In this document: piece after piece, positions 16,754 through 25,354 of the stretch
Position numbering within the stretch: position 1 is the stretch's first letter
Layout of the letters: each line of letters opens with the position of its first letter
NCBI GenBank assembly: GCA_030682655.1
Contig: JAUXNU010000112.1
Coordinates: 2,175 to 66,174, forward strand
DNA length: 64,000 nt
DNA from: Actinomycetota bacterium
GTDB taxonomy: Bacteria > Actinomycetota > Coriobacteriia > Anaerosomatales > JAUXNU01
Direction of reading: 5' to 3'
Translations under genes and position numbers: made by a program
Notes under the pieces: model-generated
Database searches by the model: none
The model's input: the letters and a program-made list of their open reading frames with translations, nothing else
What the model was told of the DNA's origin: nothing

Positions 16754-17560
16754 CTACTGCGCAACGGTGTAGAGCACCGTCGCAGTGAGCGGGACCGAGG
16801 GGTCTGTGGTCCACGGAGGGTTGAGCGTGTAGTCGTCGACCCACGACACGTTGGTGCCGATGGGCTTCGCGCCCGTTGCCGTACCCGTCACGACGAGGCC
16901 CATCTTCGCGGTGTCCCCGGAGATGGCACGTGTGATCGTATAGGCGAGCGTCGACGTGACCTGGACGGTGACCTGGAGCGGTGCGGTCACGACGCCCGGG
17001 TTAACGGCTCCGAAGTCGACACTCTGTCCTGCATGCGGAGTCGTGATCGACACGGAGAGGTAGTTGCCCGTGATCGTGTAGTCGCCGGTCGGGAGTGCCG
17101 TCGTTCCCGTCGGCACGCCGTTCAGGTCGGTTGTCCAGAACGTCATGTTCCCGGCGTTGTACGTTCCTGCGGGGGGATTCGTGATTCCGCCGATGTCGAC
17201 ATTGAACGTCGTCCTGTCAGGAATGACGGGGTTGCTGAAAACGATGCGCACGGTCTGACCCGTGACTGTGACTGTTCCCGGCGGGTCGATGGCTGTTGCT
17301 CCGGACACGATCGTGCCGACAGGGAACGTGATCTGGCATCCCGTCACCAGTTCCTTGTTGTCGGTGCGGTAGCGGCCGGAGGAATACACAGCACCCGTTG
17401 AACCCGCAGCGGCGGGCGTGACTGTCGTCTGGATAGCACCAAGAGTCTTCACCGCATGTACGGACGTTGGCAGCGCCAGCGCCAACACAAACAGGCCGAG
17501 GGTGAGCACACCGCCCATCAGCCGTTTCGCGTGCACAGTATGTAGTCGGGGTCGATGCAT
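16754..17560 (-). CDS. Secreted two-domain beta-rich protein, C-terminal WxL-like domain
   Basis: Signal peptide ending SVHA|VKTL. T/G/V-rich N-domain. C-terminal LSVSITTPHAGQSVDFGAVNPG ... PPWTTDPSVPLTATVLYTVAQ aligns with the 159-aa neighbour. Start uncertain (17560 or 17518). Confidence 0.45.
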   Translation of the reverse strand: MHRPRLHTVHAKRLMGGVLTLGLFVLALALPTSVHAVKTLGAIQTTVTPAAAGSTGAVYSSGRYRTDNKELVTGCQITFPVGTIVSGATAIDPPGTVTVTGQTVRIVFSNPVIPDRTTFNVDIGGITNPPAGTYNAGNMTFWTTDLNGVPTGTTALPTGDYTITGNYLSVSITTPHAGQSVDFGAVNPGVVTAPLQVTVQVTSTLAYTITRAISGDTAKMGLVVTGTATGAKPIGTNVSWVDDYTLNPPWTTDPSVPLTATVLYTVAQ

Positions 17561-17656
17561 CAGATGTACCCGTGCTTCGCCAGGGTGACCCGTCTCACTA
17601 GTATAGTCGGTAAGAACTGCCGTTCGCTTCATGTGGTGCGTGACGAGCGGCAAGAG

Positions 17657-19021
17657 CTAGTTGCGCAGACTCCCGAGGGGAGCAGGTACGCGGCCACCAC
17701 GCCGGACCAGGCGCGAGCCAGCCCAGGCGTTCACCGCCATGATGGGCGCCGAGCCGAACAGCCCTCCATACTCGACCGTGTCGCCCACGGATTTCCCGAC
17801 GACCGGTATGAGTCGGGTGGCGGTGGTCTTGCCGTTGATGACGCCGATCGCGCATGCGTCGGAGATTATCGCGGCAATCGTCTCTGCGGGTGTGTCCCCC
17901 GGAATGGCGATCATATCCAGGCCCACCGAGCAGACCGCCGTCATGGCCTCCAGCTTCTCAAGGGTCAGGGCGCCGTCGTTGACCGCGCGCACCATGCCCA
18001 TGTCCTCTGACACAGGTATGAAGGCGCCTGAGAGCCCGCCGATCGAGCTCGTCCCCATCGCGCCACCCTTCTTGATGGCGTCATTGAGAAGCGCAAGCGC
18101 TGTCGTGGTCCCGGGTCCGCCGCAGCGCTCAACCCCTATCGCCTCGATGATGTCGGCGACGCTGTCGCCGGGGGCGGGCGTGGGGGCGAGTGAGAGGTCG
18201 ACAATGCCCATCGCAACGCCAAGCCTCCGGGCTGTCTCGCGCGCGATCAGTTCTCCCACGCGGGTGATCTTGAACGCCGTCGCCTTGATGGCCTCGGCCA
18301 CGGTGGTCAGGTCGGCGTCCTCGGCAAGTGCGGAGACTACGGCGCGGACCACACCGGGGCCGGAGATGCCCACGTTGATGACCGCGTCGGCCTCGCCTGG
18401 TCCGTGCATCGCCCCGGCCATGAACGGGTTGTCCTCGACCATGTTGCAGAAGATCACGAGCTTCCCGCAGCCGAAGCCGTCTTCGTGCGCTGTGAGTGCG
18501 GCCGTTTCCCGGATGACCTCGGCCATGCGGAGGACCGCGTCCATGTTGATCCCCGCGCGTGTGGAAGCGACGTTGACCGACGAGCAGACGCGCTTCGTGC
18601 TCGAAAGGACGGCGGGAATGGAGTCGATCACGCGCCGGTCGCCTGCGCCGATGCCCTTCTGCACGAGCGCGGAGAACCCGCCGATGAAGTCGACGCCCAC
18701 CTCGTGAGCCGCGCGGTCGAGCGCCACTGCGAGCGGGGTCACGTCGGTCACGTCGCATGCGGCCGCAAGGTTGGCGATCGGGGTGACGGCGATGCGCCGG
18801 TTGACGATGGGGACGCCGTACTCGGCCTGGATCGCCTCGGTGGTCGGTACGAGCTTCTCTGCACGTGAGCACACCGCCTCGTAGACGTTGGCCGCCATCG
18901 TGTTGAGATCAGGGTGGGCGCAGTGGTCGAGTGACATGCCAAGAGTGACCGTGCGTATGTCGAGGTTCTGCTGGGTGATCATCAGCAGCGTCTCGACGAT
19001 CTCCTCGGGAGATAGGTTCAT
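17657..19021 (-). CDS. PFL-like UPF0210 (DUF711) family protein
   Basis: N-terminus [28 protein letters not shown] is typical of UPF0210. Preceded by its usual ACT-domain partner. Confidence 0.85.
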   Translation of the reverse strand: MNLSPEEIVETLLMITQQNLDIRTVTLGMSLDHCAHPDLNTMAANVYEAVCSRAEKLVPTTEAIQAEYGVPIVNRRIAVTPIANLAAACDVTDVTPLAVALDRAAHEVGVDFIGGFSALVQKGIGAGDRRVIDSIPAVLSSTKRVCSSVNVASTRAGINMDAVLRMAEVIRETAALTAHEDGFGCGKLVIFCNMVEDNPFMAGAMHGPGEADAVINVGISGPGVVRAVVSALAEDADLTTVAEAIKATAFKITRVGELIARETARRLGVAMGIVDLSLAPTPAPGDSVADIIEAIGVERCGGPGTTTALALLNDAIKKGGAMGTSSIGGLSGAFIPVSEDMGMVRAVNDGALTLEKLEAMTAVCSVGLDMIAIPGDTPAETIAAIISDACAIGVINGKTTATRLIPVVGKSVGDTVEYGGLFGSAPIMAVNAWAGSRLVRRGGRVPAPLGSLRN

Positions 19022-19066
19022 CGTTGCTCCTGTCGTGGTGCGAAGGGCCCGTCCGGGCCGTAGCGT

Positions 19067-19342
19067 CTAAATGCGGTGCATGTACCGGAAGACGTCCTCG
19101 CGCTGAAGGGTCACCTGTAGCCCGAGACCCTCGCCGACCTGCGACAGATGGCGCTGCAGCTCGTCGAATGGCGTGGCGTCCTCGTCGACGGTGACGAGCA
19201 TGGTCATCGAGAAGATCCCGCTGATGATGGTCTGGCGGATGTCTTCGATGTTGGCGCCCGATTCTGCGAGCACCTTCGAGATGCCGGCTACGATGCCGAC
19301 CCTGTCCTCGCCGAGGACGGAAAGGATAGCTGGCGTATGCAT
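19067..19342 (-). CDS. ACT domain protein (UPF0237)
   Basis: ILSVLGEDRVGIVAGISKVLAESGANIEDI ACT fold. Canonical pairing with UPF0210. Confidence 0.85.
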   Translation of the reverse strand: MHTPAILSVLGEDRVGIVAGISKVLAESGANIEDIRQTIISGIFSMTMLVTVDEDATPFDELQRHLSQVGEGLGLQVTLQREDVFRYMHRI

Positions 19343-19447
19343 GATTCCCCTCCAGGAAGTGAGCTTGTGTGGCGGTTATACTCCCTTATACCGTGAGATG
19401 TCGCGCGTGACACGTGCGCGGAGAGTGGCAGAGGAGGCTTCACCGGC

Positions 19448-19666
19448 GTGGCAGTGCCCATCACACCCGTTCGCGTTGGCGATGTGGTCAAGCTCAAGAA
19501 GCCCCATCCTTGCGGCGGAAACGAGTGGGAGATCACGCGCGTGGGCATGGACATCGTGCTGCAGTGTCTGGGGTGCGGCCGCAAAGTGCGCCTCGTGCGA
19601 TATGAGTTCGACCGGCGCTTTCGGGGCTTCGTGAGGCGGTCTTCGCACGAGCAGAACGACTCGTAG
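19448..19666 (+). CDS. DUF951 family small protein
   Basis: VGDVVKLKKPHPCGGNEWEITRVGMDIVLQCLGCGRKV, a CxxC..CxxC zinc-ribbon-like DUF951 pattern. GTG start. Confidence 0.75.
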   Translation: MAVPITPVRVGDVVKLKKPHPCGGNEWEITRVGMDIVLQCLGCGRKVRLVRYEFDRRFRGFVRRSSHEQNDS

Positions 19667-19692
19667 GGCTGTCTGCCTCGAGGCACGGACTC

Positions 19693-20631
19693 CTAGGAGC
19701 CGCCCGCCGCATCGAGCTTGCCCGGCACATCCATCTTGTTGAGCTGAAGGTGCACGTGGTCGCCATCGCTCTTGGTATAGGCGGAGATCTGGGGCGTGAC
19801 GCGATTCGCCAGCCGACGCACCGACGCGATTGGGGTCACTCCTCCCACGACGCGGTCGCCTTCCGAGATTGTGACTTTGTCGACGTGAATGAGCACGACG
19901 TCGACCTCGGGCCAGCCGGTCGGCTGGATATGTATCTCGTAGTCGTCGTACTCGTCGTACAGCTTGTAGGCCTTCACCTTGATGACCTTGCCTGTGACCG
20001 GGGAGCGAACCTGCGTCCCGGCGACCGCTCCGACATCCGCCGCGGAGTCGGGTTTCCCACTGCGGTTGGACCTCCACATCCGCAGGACCGCGCCCGTGAG
20101 CTTCTGTGGGGTGCCGTCCGTTGATGCTGGCTGGGGTTCTCTGCCCGTCCCCTTGTTGTTGAACGCCTTCGTCATGTTCGCGTCGGGCAGGAGTGACTCC
20201 ATGTGCAGTACCTGGTCACCGGATGCCTGGTGGAAGGCCAGCTCGGTCAGTTTGCTTGCGGGAACCGGCAGATACAGGTAGAGGCTGCGGTACGTGGCGA
20301 AGAACGGTGTGGGCGAGCAGTCAGCTTCGCCATACACAGCGACCTCCTCGGCAGGTATGCTTGGTTGGGTCGCCTGTGCCGAGGAAGGCGGTTCGCTTGC
20401 GTTGAGTCGCCATCCGACCAGCAGGGCCACGAGCACGGCGCCGCACAGGACGAGGGCCTGGAGTGTTTGGCGTCGCCGGCGGATCTGCCGCCGCCGCTCG
20501 CGCGCTGAGGCGCCGCGGAGGCGGACGCCCGTGTCGCGCATCGGCTCCAGCCTCGAGGCGCGTGCCGGGGACGCGGGGCGCACCCGCCCCTGCCCGTCGA
20601 CCTCAAGTCGCTTGCGCTCCTGCGGGCTCAC
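19693..20631 (-). CDS. Membrane-anchored M23/LytM-like domain protein (possibly degenerate)
   Basis: One TM helix (LVLCGAVLVALLVGW). C-terminal beta-rich domain with HxH (GDHVHLQL). The first metal motif reads FHQASGD rather than a clean HxxxD. Confidence 0.5.
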   Translation of the reverse strand: MSPQERKRLEVDGQGRVRPASPARASRLEPMRDTGVRLRGASARERRRQIRRRRQTLQALVLCGAVLVALLVGWRLNASEPPSSAQATQPSIPAEEVAVYGEADCSPTPFFATYRSLYLYLPVPASKLTELAFHQASGDQVLHMESLLPDANMTKAFNNKGTGREPQPASTDGTPQKLTGAVLRMWRSNRSGKPDSAADVGAVAGTQVRSPVTGKVIKVKAYKLYDEYDDYEIHIQPTGWPEVDVVLIHVDKVTISEGDRVVGGVTPIASVRRLANRVTPQISAYTKSDGDHVHLQLNKMDVPGKLDAAGGS

Positions 20632-21866
20632 GGGAGAACCTGCGCTCTGTTGTCGCGAATCTTCACGTTCGTGCCGTGTTTCGCCGAAATGTCGGTCAGG
20701 CGTTCCAGGATGACGGTAGCCTCGGAACCCTGTACCAGCTTAGGTGCTCCGTATGTATCGAGGTAGACCGGGATCGCGGAAACGTCCGTGACGCCGCCGG
20801 GTCCGAGCGATGCATTGAGCACGAACGCCTCGCCGGTCTTGCGAGAGTAATGGTCGAAGACGAAATCGCCAAGGGAGTACGCGATGAGTCGCCCCTTGTA
20901 GAACTCGATGCCTTGTATGACATGAGGGTGATGGGCGAGCACCATGTCGGCCCCGGCGTCGATTGTCGCGCGCGCGTCACGGACCTGGTCGCCGTTGGCG
21001 TCGTCCTTGTACTCGACACCCCAGTGGAACGACACGAGCACGTAGTCGTACTTCTTCTTGGCGGACCGCACTGCCTCGGTGACGTTGTCCATATTGTTGC
21101 GTCCCTGCGCGAGGCCGGCCTTGCTCGACGTCGCGACGAATCCCGGCGGCAGGATGTGGCTGAATGCCAGGTACGCTGCGGTTGTGCCGCCGTCGAGCTC
21201 GATGACGGCCGGCTTCCACGCGGCGTCGCGATCAGCACCGGCCCCCGCGTGAGCGATTCCGGCGTCGCCGAGAGCGCTCACCGTGTCCGCAAGCGCGTCC
21301 GGCCCGTAGTCGAGAACGTGATTGTTCGCGATGGATAGGAAGTCGAAGCCGGAAGCCGTCAGGCCGATGATGGCGCGGGGGTCTCCTCGGAAGGTCACGT
21401 CCTTGTCGGCGTCCATCGTGCCGCCGTCCGACAGCGGACTCTCGAGATTTCCCACCGTGAGATCGGCCCGGCCAAGGAGGTCCGCGACGTGTCGCAACGG
21501 AGCCGCGCCACCGCTGGCGCGGATGAGCTCCTTTACGCGGCGGTCGAAGATCATATCGCCGACCGCAGAGATCGTGATCGTCGCGGGCCGGCTGGCCTCG
21601 GGATCGGGCGCAACTGTGTGCTCGACGGTCGCGACCGGGCGGGGGTCGGGCGGAGCGTATGCGCCGGGAGCCGCGGCTTCCGAATCTTGGGAGGACTTAG
21701 GGAGGCCGACCGCGAAGTAGACCGCAGCAACGGCGAGTGCGACCAGAAGGGCGGCTGCAGACACGAAGACGACGCGAATCCGGCTCCGACGGCGACGCCG
21801 GGAGCGCATGTCCGTCCGGTTGTGGGGGGAGTTCGACTGCATGCGGTTGGGTCGTGTCGGGGCCAT
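20628..21866 (-). CDS. CapA/PGA_cap family metallophosphatase-like protein
   Basis: ISAVGDMIFDR, GNLESPLS, FLSIANNHVLDYG, VSFHWGVEY, HHPHVIQG motifs. N-terminal TM helix. Stop overlaps the next gene's start. Start 21866 or 21842. Confidence 0.8.
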   Translation of the reverse strand: MAPTRPNRMQSNSPHNRTDMRSRRRRRSRIRVVFVSAAALLVALAVAAVYFAVGLPKSSQDSEAAAPGAYAPPDPRPVATVEHTVAPDPEASRPATITISAVGDMIFDRRVKELIRASGGAAPLRHVADLLGRADLTVGNLESPLSDGGTMDADKDVTFRGDPRAIIGLTASGFDFLSIANNHVLDYGPDALADTVSALGDAGIAHAGAGADRDAAWKPAVIELDGGTTAAYLAFSHILPPGFVATSSKAGLAQGRNNMDNVTEAVRSAKKKYDYVLVSFHWGVEYKDDANGDQVRDARATIDAGADMVLAHHPHVIQGIEFYKGRLIAYSLGDFVFDHYSRKTGEAFVLNASLGPGGVTDVSAIPVYLDTYGAPKLVQGSEATVILERLTDISAKHGTNVKIRDNRAQVLP

Positions 21867-21879
21867 CTTGCGCCCCCAG

Positions 21880-21885
21880 ATTATA
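21880..21885 (-). promoter_or_regulatory. Candidate -10 box (TATAAT on minus strand) for capA
   Basis: Perfect TATAAT 14 nt upstream of ATG 21866. No convincing -35. Confidence 0.3.
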
Positions 21886-21917
21886 GCGCGCCGCGTCCCA
21901 CAGCCCTGCATGTTGAA

Positions 21918-21926
21918 TGATAGAAT
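21918..21926 (+). promoter_or_regulatory. Candidate extended -10 promoter (TGATAGAAT) of the V-ATPase operon
   Basis: TGn-TAGAAT 43 nt upstream of ATG 21969. GGGGAGG RBS at 21951-21957. Confidence 0.35.
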
Positions 21927-21968
21927 CGGGTCGTTGTCGCGCACACCCCAGGGGAGGCCGGATACCGC

Positions 21969-22274
21969 ATGGAAAAGCTAGAGCAGATAATGCGGGCCGA
22001 AGAGTCCGCTCGTAGGGCGCTCGCGGACGCCACTGCGCGCGCAAGGGAGATTCGCAAGCAAGCTCTCGCCGAAGCGGACTTGGTTCTCGCGTCGGGAGCT
22101 CGAGAGGCCGCCGACGCCGCCGGCGCGGTACGCGCACGCATTCTTCGCGAAGCCGACGCGCAGGCAGCGACCGTCGAGCGCGACGCAGAGTCCGAGCTCG
22201 GCGCCTTGGTGAAGGCGGCAGAGACCCGGCTCGACAGCGCTGTGTCTGCCGTCGCCGACAGTCTGGTCGGGTGA
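21969..22274 (+). CDS. V/A-type ATPase peripheral-stalk subunit (G/H type)
   Basis: 101-aa Ala/Glu/Arg-rich coiled coil as the first gene of the operon, the position of ntpF/atpH-type stalk subunits. Confidence 0.6.
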   Translation: MEKLEQIMRAEESARRALADATARAREIRKQALAEADLVLASGAREAADAAGAVRARILREADAQAATVERDAESELGALVKAAETRLDSAVSAVADSLVG

Positions 22275-22281
22275 CGCGCGA

Positions 22282-24273
22282 GTGGCCATTGCCCGAATGC
22301 TCAAGGTCGAGGTCATCGCCCACGGAGATGTCATCGACGAGGCCGTCGAGCGGCTTCAGCGCGTCGGGGTCCTCGAGATCGTTCGAGCTGAGATCGACGA
22401 CGAGCGCGTCACACCGTTCGTGCCCGATGAGCGCAGGCTCAACGAACTCGACGAGCAGATAGCCCGCGCCCAGTTCGTGCGCGATTTCCTTGGCAGGTAT
22501 CACACGCCGGACATCGCGTTCGCATCCTTCATTGCCGAGAAGATCCACATCGCCGAGGACGACTTCGATCGCCTCGAGACGGATCCGGAGTTCAACTCGC
22601 TTTACCGTGAGTGCAACAGCATCGCCGCGCGCCTCGCCGACATCGAGCGCGAGCGGGCGCGCGAGCGGGCACTTGCCGAGGAGCTCGAGCCCTGGCGCGA
22701 GCTGCACCTGCAGATCAGCCAGTGGAAGGGCACGGGGCACGTCCGCCTGTTCACCGGCGTCGTTCCCGCGGCCCAGTCTGCGGCCATCCGGCAGAGCCTC
22801 CGAGACGCCGTCGACGAGGTCACCGTGGCCGAGGTCGGTGCAGCCGGCGACCGCGAAGCGTGGATCGTGATGGCGCACCGCGGCAGGTTCGAAGAGGTCC
22901 GTTCGCAGCTCGCGCTCACGGAGTTCACGGAGGTCACGTTCCCCGGACTCGAGAACTACCCGACCGAGGAGATCCACCGCATCGGGGAGCACCTCGACCA
23001 TCTTGCGAAAGAGGAGGAGGGCCTCCGCGCACGCGCGCAAGAGCTCGAGTCCCGCCACGCTCATGCCCGCGCACTCGTGGAGGCGCTGCTCAGCCAGCGT
23101 GAGGCGGAATCGGTGCGGTCGGACTTCCACGCGACGGATCGCGCGTTCGTGGTGACCGGCTGGTTGCCCGAGGCGCGCAAGAGCACGCTTGTCGAAGCGC
23201 TCGCTCCGATCGGCTCCGACCTCGACATCGACTTCTCGAAGCCGACCGCAGACGACCTCGTGCCGGTCGAGCTCACCAACCCGTGGTTCATACGACCCTT
23301 CGAGGTGCTCACTGACCTCTACGGACGTCCTGCGTACGGGGCCGTCGATCCTACGCCGCTGCTCGCGGGCTTCTTCTTCCTGTTCTTCGGGATGTGCCTG
23401 GGGGATGTGGGATACGGCATCGCGCTGGCAGTAGCCGCTTACCTCATGAAGACCAAGCTCGACGTTGCCCCCGGCGTCAAGAAGTTCATGGATCTGCTCA
23501 TCGCTGGCGGCATCTCGTCGGTTCTCGTGGGCGTGGCGACCCGGAGCTACTTTGCTCTTACGGTCGAAGAGCTTCCGGCGTTCTTGCGCTATACGCCGCT
23601 GATCGATCCGCTCGACGACATCATCACGCTTCTTGTCGTGTCCATCGCTATCGGCGTCGTGCACGTGCTCCTTGGCGTGTTCGTGAACGTGTACCTGCAG
23701 GTGAAGGCCGGGGCGTGGATGGACGCCGTGCAGGACGACATCTCGACCGTTCTGTTGCTGATTGCGCTCGGGCTCACGGCTGCTACGGGACAGGTCGCCT
23801 TCCTGGGATGGGGGGCGGTTGTCGCGGTAGTGCTGAAGGGCCACATCCTGGAGCGGCTGTTCGTGGACCGCGCGCCCGTTCGCGCACTGATAGGGATAGG
23901 CAGTGGTTTGCTGGGAATCTACGGTCTCACGGGCTTCATGTCGGACTTCTTGTCCTACTCGCGACTGGCCGCTCTCGGGCTCTCGAGCCTACTCGTAGGC
24001 CAGGTGATGAACTTGCTTGCCGGCATGGTCTCCGGAGCGCCGTGGGGACTCGGATTCCTCGCAGCCGCTCTCATCCTGATCGTTGGCCACACGTTCAACT
24101 TGGTCATCAATCTCCTTGGCTCATTCGTGCATCCTGCACGTCTGCAGTTCGTCGAGTTCTTCAGCAAGTTCTACGAGGCCGGAGGGCGGGTCTACAAGCC
24201 GTTCTCACGGCAACGCGCATTGTTGGTGCTCCACCCGGGGACGGGTGAGCAGGAAGGAGGGTCCCCCCAGTGA
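22282..24273 (+). CDS. ntpI: V/A-type ATPase subunit I (a subunit)
   Basis: Cytoplasmic N-terminal half plus 7-8 TM C-terminal half. Conserved SYSRLAALGL and HTFNLVINLLGSFVHPARLQFVEFFSKF. Confidence 0.9.
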   Translation: MAIARMLKVEVIAHGDVIDEAVERLQRVGVLEIVRAEIDDERVTPFVPDERRLNELDEQIARAQFVRDFLGRYHTPDIAFASFIAEKIHIAEDDFDRLETDPEFNSLYRECNSIAARLADIERERARERALAEELEPWRELHLQISQWKGTGHVRLFTGVVPAAQSAAIRQSLRDAVDEVTVAEVGAAGDREAWIVMAHRGRFEEVRSQLALTEFTEVTFPGLENYPTEEIHRIGEHLDHLAKEEEGLRARAQELESRHAHARALVEALLSQREAESVRSDFHATDRAFVVTGWLPEARKSTLVEALAPIGSDLDIDFSKPTADDLVPVELTNPWFIRPFEVLTDLYGRPAYGAVDPTPLLAGFFFLFFGMCLGDVGYGIALAVAAYLMKTKLDVAPGVKKFMDLLIAGGISSVLVGVATRSYFALTVEELPAFLRYTPLIDPLDDIITLLVVSIAIGVVHVLLGVFVNVYLQVKAGAWMDAVQDDISTVLLLIALGLTAATGQVAFLGWGAVVAVVLKGHILERLFVDRAPVRALIGIGSGLLGIYGLTGFMSDFLSYSRLAALGLSSLLVGQVMNLLAGMVSGAPWGLGFLAAALILIVGHTFNLVINLLGSFVHPARLQFVEFFSKFYEAGGRVYKPFSRQRALLVLHPGTGEQEGGSPQ

Positions 24274-24758
24274 AGGACTTCGTTCTTGGGATGGGCGGCG
24301 CCGAGTGGGCGCTGTTCGGTGCCGCACTCGCTGTCATTGGCGGCGGGGTCGGGTCGTCGATCGGCATCACGTCGATCAGCAACACGGCCACGGGCATCAT
24401 CTCGGAGGAGCCGGGCAAGTTCGGCAAGCTGCTGCCGTTGGCGGCAATGCCGGGTACCCAGGGCATCTACGGCTTCATCACGGGATTGCTCGTGCTGATC
24501 TTCTTCAACTTCTTCGAGGGTATCCCGGACCTATCTGCAAGCGAAGGCATCCGCATCTTCTTCGCGTGCTTGCCGGTCGCATTCGTATGCATGGTGTCCG
24601 CCATCTACCAAGGCGCGACAGCCGTGGGCTCAGCGGGAATGGTCGCGCGTCGCGACGAGGATGCAGGCAAGTCGCTCATCTTCCCCGCGCTCGTCGAGAC
24701 CTACGCGGTGCTCTCGCTTATCGTCACCGTGCTCATGCTCATCACCCTCTCGAGTTAG
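24270..24758 (+). CDS. ntpK: V/A-type ATPase proteolipid subunit K (16-kDa, 4 TM)
   Basis: Duplicated hairpin with PGTQGIYGF, IYQGATAVGSAG, PALVETYAV. GTG overlaps the subunit I stop. Confidence 0.9.
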   Translation: MKDFVLGMGGAEWALFGAALAVIGGGVGSSIGITSISNTATGIISEEPGKFGKLLPLAAMPGTQGIYGFITGLLVLIFFNFFEGIPDLSASEGIRIFFACLPVAFVCMVSAIYQGATAVGSAGMVARRDEDAGKSLIFPALVETYAVLSLIVTVLMLITLSS

Positions 24759-24766
24759 GTAGCGCC

Positions 24767-25351
24767 GTGGCACTCGCTGACATACTCAAGCGCATCGACC
24801 GCGATGCCGAGGACGAGGCCAACGACGTTCTGTTGACCGCGGAGCGCGAGGCCCAGCGGCTGCATGCCGAGGCGGAGGCTACCGTTGTTGCCGATCACGA
24901 GCGTGAAGTCGCGCATGCACAGGCGGTAGCCCAAGACGACGCTCGCACCCGCATCGCAGGCGCTCGCCTGCGTGGGCGCGACCGGGTCCTTGGCGAGAAA
25001 CGCGTGCTCATCGATCGGGTGCTGCATCGTTCGGTCGAGAGCATCGAGAAGCTGGCCGATGACCGCTACGCTACGCTCCATGCACGTGAGGTCGCGCGTG
25101 CGACTCGCGGTGGCGAGCGGATCTTGGTCGCGGAGGCGGATGGTCCGCGCTTGAACGCCACGCTTCCCGCTGCGCTGGCGGCTGTCGGTGTCGACGCGGA
25201 GCTGTCGGGAACGACGGGCGATATCGCGCACGGCGTGCTCCTCCAGGGCGAGCGCATGCGCATGGAGATATCGCCTGCCGCGATGGTGGACGCGCGTCGT
25301 GCAGAGCTGGAGGCCCTCGTGTCGAAGCATCTCTTCGGAGGTGACGTGTAG
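24767..25351 (+). CDS. ntpE: V/A-type ATPase subunit E
   Basis: N-terminal coiled coil (ILKRIDRDAEDEANDVLLTAEREAQRL) plus a globular C-terminus. GTG 24767. The ORF-track extension 24083-24766 lies inside ntpI/ntpK. Confidence 0.8.
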   Translation: MALADILKRIDRDAEDEANDVLLTAEREAQRLHAEAEATVVADHEREVAHAQAVAQDDARTRIAGARLRGRDRVLGEKRVLIDRVLHRSVESIEKLADDRYATLHAREVARATRGGERILVAEADGPRLNATLPAALAAVGVDAELSGTTGDIAHGVLLQGERMRMEISPAAMVDARRAELEALVSKHLFGGDV

Positions 25352-25354
25352 CCC

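Noticed and set aside
21697-23844. 715-aa ORF on the minus strand
   Set aside because: It lies antisense to the V-ATPase G/H and I subunit genes, which have clear family motifs. The product is Arg/Asp/His/Pro-rich low-complexity sequence, typical of stop-poor antisense frames in GC-rich DNA.
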